Shown: positions 12,002 through 27,000 of the stretch, in pieces
Numbering within the stretch: position 1 is the stretch's first letter
Layout: every line of letters starts with the position of its first letter
Assembly: GCF_009914755.1 (NCBI RefSeq)
Contig: NC_060930.1
Direction: 5' to 3' (one strand)
DNA from: the human T2T-CHM13v2.0 reference genome, Homo sapiens
DNA length: 64,000 nucleotides
The notes under the pieces: model-generated
Database searches by the model: none
What the model was told of the DNA's origin: nothing
What the model saw: only the letters and a program-made list of their open reading frames with translations
Translations under genes and position numbers: made by a program

Positions 12002-12018
12002 CTTCATTGGAAACGGGA
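12002..12018 (+). other. CENP-B box with a private point mutation (G>A at 12006), predicted non-binding
   Basis: CTTCATTGGAAACGGGA in HOR copy 4; the homologous position reads CTTCGTTGG in the other copies inspected. Confidence 0.88.
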
Positions 12019-15000
12019 TTTCTTCCTATAAACCCAGACAGAAGAATTCTCAGAGACTTCTTTGTGATGTGTGAATTCAACTCACAGTGTGGATCCTTCC
12101 TTTTGATAGAGCAGTTTTGAAACCCTGTTTTTGTAGTATTTCCAAGCGGATATTCGGAACGCCTTGAAGCGTATGGTAGAAAAGGAAATATCTTCCCATA
12201 AAACCTAGACAGAACCAATCTCAGAAACGACTTTGTGATGTCTGCATTCAAGTCACAGAGTTGAACATTTCTCTTGATAGAGCAGTTTTGAAACCCTCTT
12301 TCTGAAGGATCTGCAAGTGGATATTTGGAACTCCTTTGGGTCTTCGTTGGAAACGGGATTTCTTCGTATAAATCTAGACAGAAGAATTCTCCGAAACTTC
12401 TTTGGTTGTGTGCATTCAAGTCACAGAGTGGAACCTTCCTTTGGATAGAGCAGTTTGAAACGCCGTGGTTGTAGTATTTCCAAGCGGATATTAGAGCGCC
12501 TTGAGGCCTATGGTAGAAAAGGAAATATCTTCCCATAAAACCTAGACGGAAGCAATCTCAGAAACTACTGTGTGATGGCTGCATTCCACACACACGGTGG
12601 AACATTTCTCTTGATAGAGCAGTTTTGAAACACTCTTTCTGTAGAATCTGCAAGTGGATAATTGGACCGCCTTGAGGCCTTCGTTGGAAACGGGATTTCT
12701 TCATGTTACTCTAGATAGAAGAATTCTCAAACACTGCTATGTGATGTTTGCATTCAAGTCACAGAGTGCAACATTCCTCTTGGTAGAGCAGTTGGGAAAC
12801 ACTCCTTTTGTAGAATCTGCAATGGGATATTTGGACTTCTTTGAGGCCTTCGTTGGAAACGGGATTTCTTCGTATGAATCTAGACAGAAGAATTCTCAGA
12901 AACTTCCTTGTGATGTGTGCATTCAACTCAGCGAGTGGCACCTTCCTTTGGATACAGCAGTTTTGAAACACTGTTTTTGTAGTATTTCCAAGCGGATATT
13001 TAGAGCGCCTTGAAGCCTATGCTAGAAATGGAAATATCTCCCCATAAAACCAAGACAGAAGCAATCTCAGAAACTAATGTGTGATGGCTGCATTCCACAC
13101 ACACGGTGGACCATTTCTCTTGATAGAGCAGTTTTGAAACACTCTTTCTGTAGAATCTGCAAGTGGATAATTGGACCTCCTAGAGGCCTTCGTTGGAAAC
13201 GGGATTTCTTCATCTAAACCTACAGAGAAGAATTCTCAGTAACTTCTTCGGATGTGTGCATTCGACGCACAGAATGGAACATTCCCTTTGATAGAGCAGT
13301 TTTGAGACACCGTTTTTGTAGAATTCCCAAGTGGATATTTAGAGCACTTTGAAGTCTCTGCTAGAAAAGGAAACATCTTCATGTAAAAAGTAGATAGAAT
13401 CGTTCTCAGAAAGTGCTTAGTGACGTGTGCGTTCAACTCACAGAGTTTAACGTTTCTTTTGATAGAGCGTTTCTGAAACACCCTTCTTGTAGTAGCTGCA
13501 AGTGGATATTTGGACCTATTGGAGGCCTTCTTTGGAAATGGGATTTCTTCATGTAACTCTAGATTGAAGAGTTCTCAGAAACTCCTTTGTGATGTGTGCA
13601 TTCAATTCAAAGAGTGAAACCTCCCTTTTCACAGAGCAGTTTTGAAACACTGTTTTTGTAGGATTTCCAAGGGGATATTTATAGCGCATTGAGCCTACGG
13701 CGGAAAAAGAAACATCTTCCTATAAAAACTAGACAGAATACTTCTCAGAATCTGCTTTGCGATGTGTGCGTTCAACTCACAGAGTAAAACTTTTCTTTTG
13801 ATAGAGCAGTTTTGAAACACTCTTTTTGTAGTATTTGCATGTGTATATTTAGAGCGCATTGAAGCCCACAGTAGAAAAGGAAATAACTTCACCTAAAACC
13901 TAGACAGAAGCAATCTCAGAAACTACTTTGTGATGTGTACATTCAACTCACAGAGTGGAACTTTCCTCTTTATAGAGCAGTGTTGAAACACTCTTTTTGT
14001 AGAAACTGCAAGTGGATATTTGGACCTCTTTGAGGCCTTCGTTGGAAACGGGATTTCTTCCTATAACCCTAGACAGAAGAATTTTCAGAAACCTCATTGT
14101 GATGTGTGCGTTCATCTCACAGAGTGGAGTCTTCCGTTTGATAGAGAAGTTTTGAAACCCTGTTCTTGTAGGATTTCCAAGTGGATATTTAGACCACTTT
14201 GAAGCCTATGATAGAAAAGGAAACATCTTCATGGAAAACATAGATAGAATCATCCTCAGAAACAACTTTGTGATGTGTGCGTTGAACTCACCGTCTTTAA
14301 CCTTTCTTTTGGTAGAGAAGTTTTGAAACACTCTCTTTGTAAAGTCTACAAGTGGATATTTTGAGCCCTTGGAGGCATTCTTTGGAAAAGGGAATGTCTT
14401 CACATAAAAGGCAGACGGAAGTGTTCTCAGAAACTGCTTTGTGATGTCTGTGTTCAACTCACAGAGTTTAACATTTCCTTTGATAGAGCGGTTTAGTAAA
14501 CCTCTCTTTGTAGAATTTGGAAGTGTATACTAAGAGCGCTTTGAGGCCTATGGTAGAAAAGGAAATATCTTTCCATAAAAGCTAGACAGAAGCAATCTCA
14601 GAAACTCCTTTGCGATGTCTGCATTCAACTCACCGAGTGGAACATTCCTCTTGAGAGAGCAGTTTGGAAACACTCTTTCTGTAGAATCAGCTTGTTTGTA
14701 TTTGGACCTCCTTGAGGCCTTCGTTGGAAACGGGTTTTCATCTTATAAACCCAGACAGAAGAATTCTCAGAGTCTTCTTTGTGATGTGTGCTTTCAACTC
14801 ACCGAGATAAAGATTTCTCTTGATAGAGCAATTTGGAAACACTCTTTTTGTAGAATTTGCAAGGGTACATTGAGAGCGCTTTCAGGCCTATGGTAGAAAA
14901 GGGAATATCTTTCCATAAAAGGTAGACAGAAGCAATCTCAGAAACTACTTTGTGATGTGTGCATTCAACTCACCGAGTGCAACGTTCCTCTTGACCGAGC

Positions 15001-18000
15001 AGTTTGGAAACATTGTTTCTGTAGAATCTGCAAGTGGATATTTGGACCTCTTTGAGGCCTTCGTTGGAAACGGGATTTCTTCCTATAAACCCAGACAGAA
15101 GAATTCTCAGAGACTTCTTTGTGATGTGTGAATTCAACTCACAGTGTGGATCCTTCCTTTTGATAGAGCAGTTTTGAAACCCTGTTTTTGTAGTATTTCC
15201 AAGCGGATATTTGGAACGCCTTGAAGCGTATGGTAGAAAAGGAAATATCTTCCCATAAAACCTAGACAGAACCAATCTCAGAAACGACTTTGTGATGTCT
15301 GCATTCAAGTCACAGAGTTGAACATTTCTCTTGATAGAGCAGTTTTGAAACCCTCTTTCTGAAGGATCTGCAAGTGGATATTTGGAACTCCTTTGGGTCT
15401 TCGTTGGAAACGGGATTTCTTCGTATAAATCTAGACAGAAGAATTCTCCGAAACTTCTTTGGTTGTGTGCATTCAAGTCACAGAGTGGAACCTTCCTTTG
15501 GATAGAGCAGTTTGAAACGCCGTGGTTGTAGTATTTCCAAGCGGATATTAGAGCGCCTTGAGGCCTATGGTAGAAAAGGAAATATCTTCCCATAAAACCT
15601 AGACGGAAGCAATCTCAGAAACTACTGTGTGATGGCTGCATTCCACACACACGGTGGAACATTTCTCTTGATAGAGCAGTTTTGAAACACTCTTTCTGTA
15701 GAATCTGCAAGTGGATAATTGGACCGCCTTGAGGCCTTCGTTGGAAACGGGATTTCTTCATGTTACTCTAGATAGAAGAATTCTCAAACACTGCTATGTG
15801 ATGTTTGCATTCAAGTCACAGAGTGCAACATTCCTCTTGGTAGAGCAGTTGGGAAACACTCCTTTTGTAGAATCTGCAATGGGATATTTGGACTTCTTTG
15901 AGGCCTTCGTTGGAAACGGGATTTCTTCGTATGAATCTAGACAGAAGAATTCTCAGAAACTTCCTTGTGATGTGTGCATTCAACTCAGCGAGTGGCACCT
16001 TCCTTTGGATACAGCAGTTTTGAAACACTGTTTTTGTAGTATTTCCAAGCGGATATTTAGAGCGCCTTGAAGCCTATGCTAGAAATGGAAATATCTCCCC
16101 ATAAAACCAAGACAGAAGCAATCTCAGAAACTAATGTGTGATGGCTGCATTCCACACACACGGTGGACCATTTCTCTTGATAGAGCAGTTTTGAAACACT
16201 CTTTCTGTAGAATCTGCAAGTGGATAATTGGACCTCCTAGAGGCCTTCGTTGGAAACGGGATTTCTTCATCTAAACCTACAGAGAAGAATTCTCAGTAAC
16301 TTCTTCGGATGTGTGCATTCGACGCACAGAATGGAACATTCCCTTTGATAGAGCAGTTTTGAGACACCGTTTTTGTAGAATTCCCAAGTGGATATTTAGA
16401 GCACTTTGAAGTCTCTGCTAGAAAAGGAAACATCTTCATGTAAAAAGTAGATAGAATCGTTCTCAGAAAGTGCTTAGTGACGTGTGCGTTCAACTCACAG
16501 AGTTTAACGTTTCTTTTGATAGAGCGTTTCTGAAACACCCTTCTTGTAGTAGCTGCAAGTGGATATTTGGACCTATTGGAGGCCTTCTTTGGAAATGGGA
16601 TTTCTTCATGTAACTCTAGATTGAAGAGTTCTCAGAAACTCCTTTGTGATGTGTGCATTCAATTCAAAGAGTGAAACCTCCCTTTTCACAGAGCAGTTTT
16701 GAAACACTGTTTTTGTAGGATTTCCAAGGGGATATTTATAGCGCATTGAGCCTACGGCGGAAAAAGAAACATCTTCCTATAAAAACTAGACAGAATACTT
16801 CTCAGAATCTGCTTTGCGATGTGTGCGTTCAACTCACAGAGTAAAACTTTTCTTTTGATAGAGCAGTTTTGAAACACTCTTTTTGTAGTATTTGCATGTG
16901 TATATTTAGAGCGCATTGAAGCCCACAGTAGAAAAGGAAATAACTTCACCTAAAACCTAGACAGAAGCAATCTCAGAAACTACTTTGTGATGTGTACATT
17001 CAACTCACAGAGTGGAACTTTCCTCTTTATAGAGCAGTGTTGAAACACTCTTTTTGTAGAAACTGCAAGTGGATATTTGGACCTCTTTGAGGCCTTCGTT
17101 GGAAACGGGATTTCTTCCTATAACCCTAGACAGAAGAATTTTCAGAAACCTCATTGTGATGTGTGCGTTCATCTCACAGAGTGGAGTCTTCCGTTTGATA
17201 GAGAAGTTTTGAAACCCTGTTCTTGTAGGATTTCCAAGTGGATATTTAGACCACTTTGAAGCCTATGATAGAAAAGGAAACATCTTCATGGAAAACATAG
17301 ATAGAATCATCCTCAGAAACAACTTTGTGATGTGTGCGTTGAACTCACCGTCTTTAACCTTTCTTTTGGTAGAGAAGTTTTGAAACACTCTCTTTGTAAA
17401 GTCTACAAGTGGATATTTTGAGCCCTTGGAGGCATTCTTTGGAAAAGGGAATGTCTTCACATAAAAGGCAGACGGAAGTGTTCTCAGAAACTGCTTTGTG
17501 ATGTCTGTGTTCAACTCACAGAGTTTAACATTTCCTTTGATAGAGCGGTTTAGTAACCCTCTCTTTGTAGAATTTGGAAGTGTATACTAAGAGCGCTTTG
17601 AGGCCTATGGTAGAAAAGGAAATATCTTTCCATAAAAGCTAGACAGAAGCAATCTCAGAAACTCCTTTGCGATGTCTGCATTCAACTCACCGAGTGGAAC
17701 ATTCCTCTTGAGAGAGCAGTTTGGAAACACTCTTTCTGTAGAATCAGCTTGTTTGTATTTGGACCTCCTTGAGGCCTTCGTTGGAAACGGGTTTTCATCT
17801 TATAAACCCAGACAGAAGAATTCTCAGAGTCTTCTTTGTGATGTGTGCTTTCAACTCACCGAGATAAAGATTTCTCTTGATAGAGCAATTTGGAAACACT
17901 CTTTTTGTAGAATTTGCAAGGGTACATTGAGAGCGCTTTCAGGCCTATGGTAGAAAAGGGAATATCTTTCCATAAAAGGTAGACAGAAGCAATCTCAGAA

Positions 18001-21000
18001 ACTACTTTGTGATGTGTGCATTCAACTCACCGAGTGCAACGTTCCTCTTGACCGAGCAGTTTGGAAACATTGTTTCTGTAGAATCTGCAAGTGGATATTT
18101 GGACCTCTTTGAGGCCTTCGTTGGAAACGGGATTTCTTCCTATAAACCCAGACAGAAGAATTCTCAGAGACTTCTTTGTGATGTGTGAATTCAACTCACA
18201 GTGTGGATCCTTCCTTTTGATAGAGCAGTTTTGAAACCCTGTTTTTGTAGTATTTCCAAGCGGATATTCGGAACGCCTTGAAGCGTATGGTAGAAAAGGA
18301 AATATCTTCCCATAAAACCTAGACAGAACCAATCTCAGAAACGACTTTGTGATGTCTGCATTCAAGTCACAGAGTTGAACATTTCTCTTGATAGAGCAGT
18401 TTTGAAACCCTCTTTCTGAAGGATCTGCAAGTGGATATTTGGAACTCCTTTGGGTCTTCGTTGGAAACGGGATTTCTTCGTATAAATCTAGACAGAAGAA
18501 TTCTCCGAAACTTCTTTGGTTGTGTGCATTCAAGTCACAGAGTGGAACCTTCCTTTGGATAGAGCAGTTTGAAACGCCGTGGTTGTAGTATTTCCAAGCG
18601 GATATTAGAGCGCCTTGAGGCCTATGGTAGAAAAGGAAATATCTTCCCATAAAACCTAGACGGAAGCAATCTCAGAAACTACTGTGTGATGGCTGCATTC
18701 CACACACACGGTGGAACATTTCTCTTGATAGAGCAGTTTTGAAACACTCTTTCTGTAGAATCTGCAAGTGGATAATTGGACCGCCTTGAGGCCTTCGTTG
18801 GAAACGGGATTTCTTCATGTTACTCTAGATAGAAGAATTCTCAAACACTGCTATGTGATGTTTGCATTCAAGTCACAGAGTGCAACATTCCTCTTGGTAG
18901 AGCAGTTGGGAAACACTCCTTTTGTAGAATCTGCAATGGGATATTTGGACTTCTTTGAGGCCTTCGTTGGAAACGGGATTTCTTCGTATGAATCTAGACA
19001 GAAGAATTCTCAGAAACTTCCTTGTGATGTGTGCATTCAACTCAGCGAGTGGCACCTTCCTTTGGATACAGCAGTTTTGAAACACTGTTTTTGTAGTATT
19101 TCCAAGCGGATATTTAGAGCGCCTTGAAGCCTATGCTAGAAATGGAAATATCTCCCCATAAAACCAAGACAGAAGCAATCTCAGAAACTAATGTGTGATG
19201 GCTGCATTCCACACACACGGTGGACCATTTCTCTTGATAGAGCAGTTTTGAAACACTCTTTCTGTAGAATCTGCAAGTGGATAATTGGACCTCCTAGAGG
19301 CCTTCGTTGGAAACGGGATTTCTTCATCTAAACCTACAGAGAAGAATTCTCAGTAACTTCTTCGGATGTGTGCATTCGACGCACAGAATGGAACATTCCC
19401 TTTGATAGAGCAGTTTTGAGACACCGTTTTTGTAGAATTCCCAAGTGGATATTTAGAGCACTTTGAAGTCTCTGCTAGAAAAGGAAACATCTTCATGTAA
19501 AAAGTAGATAGAATCGTTCTCAGAAAGTGCTTAGTGACGTGTGCGTTCAACTCACAGAGTTTAACGTTTCTTTTGATAGAGCGTTTCTGAAACACCCTTC
19601 TTGTAGTAGCTGCAAGTGGATATTTGGACCTATTGGAGGCCTTCTTTGGAAATGGGATTTCTTCATGTAACTCTAGATTGAAGAGTTCTCAGAAACTCCT
19701 TTGTGATGTGTGCATTCAATTCAAAGAGTGAAACCTCCCTTTTCACAGAGCAGTTTTGAAACACTGTTTTTGTAGGATTTCCAAGGGGATATTTATAGCG
19801 CATTGAGCCTACGGCGGAAAAAGAAACATCTTCCTATAAAAACTAGACAGAATACTTCTCAGAATCTGCTTTGCGATGTGTGCGTTCAACTCACAGAGTA
19901 AAACTTTTCTTTTGATAGAGCAGTTTTGAAACACTCTTTTTGTAGTATTTGCATGTGTATATTTAGAGCGCATTGAAGCCCACAGTAGAAAAGGAAATAA
20001 CTTCACCTAAAACCTAGACAGAAGCAATCTCAGAAACTACTTTGTGATGTGTACATTCAACTCACAGAGTGGAACTTTCCTCTTTATAGAGCAGTGTTGA
20101 AACACTCTTTTTGTAGAAACTGCAAGTGGATATTTGGACCTCTTTGAGGCCTTCGTTGGAAACGGGATTTCTTCCTATAACCCTAGACAGAAGAATTTTC
20201 AGAAACCTCATTGTGATGTGTGCGTTCATCTCACAGAGTGGAGTCTTCCGTTTGATAGACAAGTTTTGAAACCCTGTTCTTGTAGGATTTCCAAGTGGAT
20301 ATTTAGACCACTTTGAAGCCTATGATAGAAAAGGAAACATCTTCATGGAAAACATAGATAGAATCATCCTCAGAAACAACTTTGTGATGTGTGCGTTGAA
20401 CTCACCGTCTTTAACCTTTCTTTTGGTAGAGAAGTTTTGAAACACTCTCTTTGTAAAGTCTACAAGTGGATATTTTGAGCCCTTGGAGGCATTCTTTGGA
20501 AAAGGGAATGTCTTCACATAAAAGGCAGACGGAAGTGTTCTCAGAAACTGCTTTGTGATGTCTGTGTTCAACTCACAGAGTTTAACATTTCCTTTGATAG
20601 AGCGGTTTAGTAACCCTCTCTTTGTAGAATTTGGAAGTGTATACTAAGAGCGCTTTGAGGCCTATGGTAGAAAAGGAAATATCTTTCCATAAAAGCTAGA
20701 CAGAAGCAATCTCAGAAACTCCTTTGCGATGTCTGCATTCAACTCACCGAGTGGAACATTCCTCTTGAGAGAGCAGTTTGGAAACACTCTTTCTGTAGAA
20801 TCAGCTTGTTTGTATTTGGACCTCCTTGAGGCCTTCGTTGGAAACGGGTTTTCATCTTATAAACCCAGACAGAAGAATTCTCAGAGTCTTCTTTGTGATG
20901 TGTGCTTTCAACTCACCGAGATAAAGATTTCTCTTGATAGAGCAATTTGGAAACACTCTTTTTGTAGAATTTGCAAGGGTACATTGAGAGCGCTTTCAGG

Positions 21001-24000
21001 CCTATGGTAGAAAAGGGAATATCTTTCCATAAAAGGTAGACAGAAGCAATCTCAGAAACTACTTTGTGATGTGTGCATTCAACTCACCGAGTGCAACGTT
21101 CCTCTTGACCGAGCAGTTTGGAAACATTGTTTCTGTAGAATCTGCAAGTGGATATTTGGACCTCTTTGAGGCCTTCGTTGGAAACGGGATTTCTTCCTAT
21201 AAACCCAGACAGAAGAATTCTCAGAGACTTCTTTGTGATGTGTGAATTCAACTCACAGTGTGGATCCTTCCTTTTGATAGAGCAGTTTTGAAACCCTGTT
21301 TTTGTAGTATTTCCAAGCGGATATTCGGAACGCCTTGAAGCTTATGGTAGAAAAGGAAATATCTTCCCATAAAACCTAGACAGAACCAATCTCAGAAACG
21401 ACTTTGTGATGTCTGCATTCAAGTCACAGAGTTGAACATTTCTCTTGATAGAGCAGTTTTGAAACCCTCTTTCTGAAGGATCTGCAAGTGGATATTTGGA
21501 ACTCCTTTGGGTCTTCGTTGGAAACGGGATTTCTTCGTATAAATCTAGACAGAAGAATTCTCCGAAACTTCTTTGGTTGTGTGCATTCAAGTCACAGAGT
21601 GGAACCTTCCTTTGGATAGAGCAGTTTGAAACGCCGTGGTTGTAGTATTTCCAAGCGGATATTAGAGCGCCTTGAGGCCTATGGTAGAAAAGGAAATATC
21701 TTCCCATAAAACCTAGACGGAAGCAATCTCAGAAACTACTGTGTGATGGCTGCATTCCACACACACGGTGGAACATTTCTCTTGATAGAGCAGTTTTGAA
21801 ACACTCTTTCTGTAGAATCTGCAAGTGGATAATTGGACCGCCTTGAGGCCTTCGTTGGAAACGGGATTTCTTCATGTTACTCTAGATAGAAGAATTCTCA
21901 AACACTGCTATGTGATGTTTGCATTCAAGTCACAGAGTGCAACATTCCTCTTGGTAGAGCAGTTGGGAAACACTCCTTTTGTAGAATCTGCAATGGGATA
22001 TTTGGACTTCTTTGAGGCCTTCGTTGGAAACGGGATTTCTTCGTATGAATCTAGACAGAAGAATTCTCAGAAACTTCCTTGTGATGTGTGCATTCAACTC
22101 AGCGAGTGGCACCTTCCTTTGGATACAGCAGTTTTGAAACACTGTTTTTGTAGTATTTCCAAGCGGATATTTAGAGCGCCTTGAAGCCTATGCTAGAAAT
22201 GGAAATATCTCCCCATAAAACCAAGACAGAAGCAATCTCAGAAACTAATGTGTGATGGCTGCATTCCACACACACGGTGGACCATTTCTCTTGATAGAGC
22301 AGTTTTGAAACACTCTTTCTGTAGAATCTGCAAGTGGATAATTGGACCTCCTAGAGGCCTTCGTTGGAAACGGGATTTCTTCATCTAAACCTACAGAGAA
22401 GAATTCTCAGTAACTTCTTCGGATGTGTGCATTCGACGCACAGAATGGAACATTCCCTTTGATAGAGCAGTTTTGAGACACCGTTTTTGTAGAATTCCCA
22501 AGTGGATATTTAGAGCACTTTGAAGTCTCTGCTAGAAAAGGAAACATCTTCATGTAAAAAGTAGATAGAATCGTTCTCAGAAAGTGCTTAGTGACGTGTG
22601 CGTTCAACTCACAGAGTTTAACGTTTCTTTTGATAGAGCGTTTCTGAAACACCCTTCTTGTAGTAGCTGCAAGTGGATATTTGGACCTATTGGAGGCCTT
22701 CTTTGGAAATGGGATTTCTTCATGTAACTCTAGATTGAAGAGTTCTCAGAAACTCCTTTGTGATGTGTGCATTCAATTCAAAGAGTGAAACCTCCCTTTT
22801 CACAGAGCAGTTTTGAAACACTGTTTTTGTAGGATTTCCAAGGGGATATTTATAGCGCATTGAGCCTACGGCGGAAAAAGAAACATCTTCCTATAAAAAC
22901 TAGACAGAATACTTCTCAGAATCTGCTTTGCGATGTGTGCGTTCAACTCACAGAGTAAAACTTTTCTTTTGATAGAGCAGTTTTGAAACACTCTTTTTGT
23001 AGTATTTGCATGTGTATATTTAGAGCGCATTGAAGCCCACAGTAGAAAAGGAAATAACTTCACCTAAAACCTAGACAGAAGCAATCTCAGAAACTACTTT
23101 GTGATGTGTACATTCAACTCACAGAGTGGAACTTTCCTCTTTATAGAGCAGTGTTGAAACACTCTTTTTGTAGAAACTGCAAGTGGATATTTGGACCTCT
23201 TTGAGGCCTTCGTTGGAAACGGGATTTCTTCCTATAACCCTAGACAGAAGAATTTTCAGAAACCTCATTGTGATGTGTGCGTTCATCTCACAGAGTGGAG
23301 TCTTCCGTTTGATAGAGAAGTTTTGAAACCCTGTTCTTGTAGGATTTCCAAGTGGATATTTAGACCACTTTGAAGCCTATGATAGAAAAGGAAACATCTT
23401 CATGGAAAACATAGATAGAATCATCCTCAGAAACAACTTTGTGATGTGTGCGTTGAACTCACCGTCTTTAACCTTTCTTTTGGTAGAGAAGTTTTGAAAC
23501 ACTCTCTTTGTAAAGTCTACAAGTGGATATTTTGAGCCCTTGGAGGCATTCTTTGGAAAAGGGAATGTCTTCACATAAAAGGCAGACGGAAGTGTTCTCA
23601 GAAACTGCTTTGTGATGTCTGTGTTCAACTCACAGAGTTTAACATTTCCTTTGATAGAGCGGTTTAGTAACCCTCTCTTTGTAGAATTTGGAAGTGTATA
23701 CTAAGAGCGCTTTGAGGCCTATGGTAGAAAAGGAAATATCTTTCCATAAAAGCTAGACAGAAGCAATCTCAGAAACTCCTTTGCGATGTCTGCATTCAAC
23801 TCACCGAGTGGAACATTCCTCTTGAGAGAGCAGTTTGGAAACACTCTTTCTGTAGAATCAGCTTGTTTGTATTTGGACCTCCTTGAGGCCTTCGTTGGAA
23901 ACGGGTTTTCATCTTATAAACCCAGACAGAAGAATTCTCAGAGTCTTCTTTGTGATGTGTGCTTTCAACTCACCGAGATAAAGATTTCTCTTGATAGAGC

Positions 24001-27000
24001 AATTTGGAAACACTCTTTTTGTAGAATTTGCAAGGGTACATTGAGAGCGCTTTCAGGCCTATGGTAGAAAAGGGAATATCTTTCCATAAAAGGTAGACAG
24101 AAGCAATCTCAGAAACTACTTTGTGATGTGTGCATTCAACTCACCGAGTGCAACGTTCCTCTTGACCGAGCAGTTTGGAAACATTGTTTCTGTAGAATCT
24201 GCAAGTGGATATTTGGACCTCTTTGAGGCCTTCGTTGGAAACGGGATTTCTTCCTATAAACCCAGACAGAAGAATTCTCAGAGACTTCTTTGTGATGTGT
24301 GAATTCAACTCACAGTGTGGATCCTTCCTTTTGATAGAGCAGTTTTGAAACCCTGTTTTTGTAGTATTTCCAAGCGGATATTTGGAACGCCTTGAAGCGT
24401 ATGGTAGAAAAGGAAATATCTTCCCATAAAACCTAGACAGAACCAATCTCAGAAACGACTTTGTGATGTCTGCATTCAAGTCACAGAGTTGAACATTTCT
24501 CTTGATAGAGCAGTTTTGAAACCCTCTTTCTGAAGGATCTGCAAGTGGATATTTGGAACTCCTTTGGGTCTTCGTTGGAAACGGGATTTCTTCGTATAAA
24601 TCTAGACAGAAGAATTCTCCGAAACTTCTTTGGTTGTGTGCATTCAAGTCACAGAGTGGAACCTTCCTTTGGATAGAGCAGTTTGAAACGCCGTGGTTGT
24701 AGTATTTCCAAGCGGATATTAGAGCGCCTTGAGGCCTATGGTAGAAAAGGAAATATCTTCCCATAAAACCTAGACGGAAGCAATCTCAGAAACTACTGTG
24801 TGATGGCTGCATTCCACACACACGGTGGAACATTTCTCTTGATAGAGCAGTTTTGAAACACTCTTTCTGTAGAATCTGCAAGTGGATAATTGGACCGCCT
24901 TGAGGCCTTCGTTGGAAACGGGATTTCTTCATGTTACTCTAGATAGAAGAATTCTCAAACACTGCTATGTGATGTTTGCATTCAAGTCACAGAGTGCAAC
25001 ATTCCTCTTGGTAGAGCAGTTGGGAAACACTCCTTTTGTAGAATCTGCAATGGGATATTTGGACTTCTTTGAGGCCTTCGTTGGAAACGGGATTTCTTCG
25101 TATGAATCTAGACAGAAGAATTCTCAGAAACTTCCTTGTGATGTGTGCATTCAACTCAGCGAGTGGCACCTTCCTTTGGATACAGCAGTTTTGAAACACT
25201 GTTTTTGTAGTATTTCCAAGCGGATATTTAGAGCGCCTTGAAGCCTATGCTAGAAATGGAAATATCTCCCCATAAAACCAAGACAGAAGCAATCTCAGAA
25301 ACTAATGTGTGATGGCTGCATTCCACACACACGGTGGACCATTTCTCTTGATAGAGCAGTTTTGAAACACTCTTTCTGTAGAATCTGCAAGTGGATAATT
25401 GGACCTCCTAGAGGCCTTCGTTGGAAACGGGATTTCTTCATCTAAACCTACAGAGAAGAATTCTCAGTAACTTCTTCGGATGTGTGCATTCGACGCACAG
25501 AATGGAACATTCCCTTTGATAGAGCAGTTTTGAGACACCGTTTTTGTAGAATTCCCAAGTGGATATTTAGAGCACTTTGAAGTCTCTGCTAGAAAAGGAA
25601 ACATCTTCATGTAAAAAGTAGATAGAATCGTTCTCAGAAAGTGCTTAGTGACGTGTGCGTTCAACTCACAGAGTTTAACGTTTCTTTTGATAGAGCGTTT
25701 CTGAAACACCCTTCTTGTAGTAGCTGCAAGTGGATATTTGGACCTATTGGAGGCCTTCTTTGGAAATGGGATTTCTTCATGTAACTCTAGATTGAAGAGT
25801 TCTCAGAAACTCCTTTGTGATGTGTGCATTCAATTCAAAGAGTGAAACCTCCCTTTTCACAGAGCAGTTTTGAAACACTGTTTTTGTAGGATTTCCAAGG
25901 GGATATTTATAGCGCATTGAGCCTACGGCGGAAAAAGAAACATCTTCCTATAAAAACTAGACAGAATACTTCTCAGAATCTGCTTTGCGATGTGTGCGTT
26001 CAACTCACAGAGTAAAACTTTTCTTTTGATAGAGCAGTTTTGAAACACTCTTTTTGTAGTATTTGCATGTGTATATTTAGAGCGCATTGAAGCCCACAGT
26101 AGAAAAGGAAATAACTTCACCTAAAACCTAGACAGAAGCAATCTCAGAAACTACTTTGTGATGTGTACATTCAACTCACAGAGTGGAACTTTCCTCTTTA
26201 TAGAGCAGTGTTGAAACACTCTTTTTGTAGAAACTGCAAGTGGATATTTGGACCTCTTTGAGGCCTTCGTTGGAAACGGGATTTCTTCCTATAACCCTAG
26301 ACAGAAGAATTTTCAGAAACCTCATTGTGATGTGTGCGTTCATCTCACAGAGTGGAGTCTTCCGTTTGATAGAGAAGTTTTGAAACCCTGTTCTTGTAGG
26401 ATTTCCAAGTGGATATTTAGACCACTTTGAAGCCTATGATAGAAAAGGAAACATCTTCATGGAAAACATAGATAGAATCATCCTCAGAAACAACTTTGTG
26501 ATGTGTGCGTTGAACTCACCGTCTTTAACCTTTCTTTTGGTAGAGAAGTTTTGAAACACTCTCTTTGTAAAGTCTACAAGTGGATATTTTGTGCCCTTGG
26601 AGGCATTCTTTGGAAAAGGGAATGTCTTCACATAAAAGGCAGACGGAAGTGTTCTCAGAAACTGCTTTGTGATGTCTGTGTTCAACTCACAGAGTTTAAC
26701 ATTTCCTTTGATAGAGCGGTTTAGTAACCCTCTCTTTGTAGAATTTGGAAGTGTATACTAAGAGCGCTTTGAGGCCTATGGTAGAAAAGGAAATATCTTT
26801 CCATAAAAGCTAGACAGAAGCAATCTCAGAAACTCCTTTGCGATGTCTGCATTCAACTCACCGAGTGGAACATTCCTCTTGAGAGAGCAGTTTGGAAACA
26901 CTCTTTCTGTAGAATCAGCTTGTTTGTATTTGGACCTCCTTGAGGCCTTCGTTGGAAACGGGTTTTCATCTTATAAACCCAGACAGAAGAATTCTCAGAG

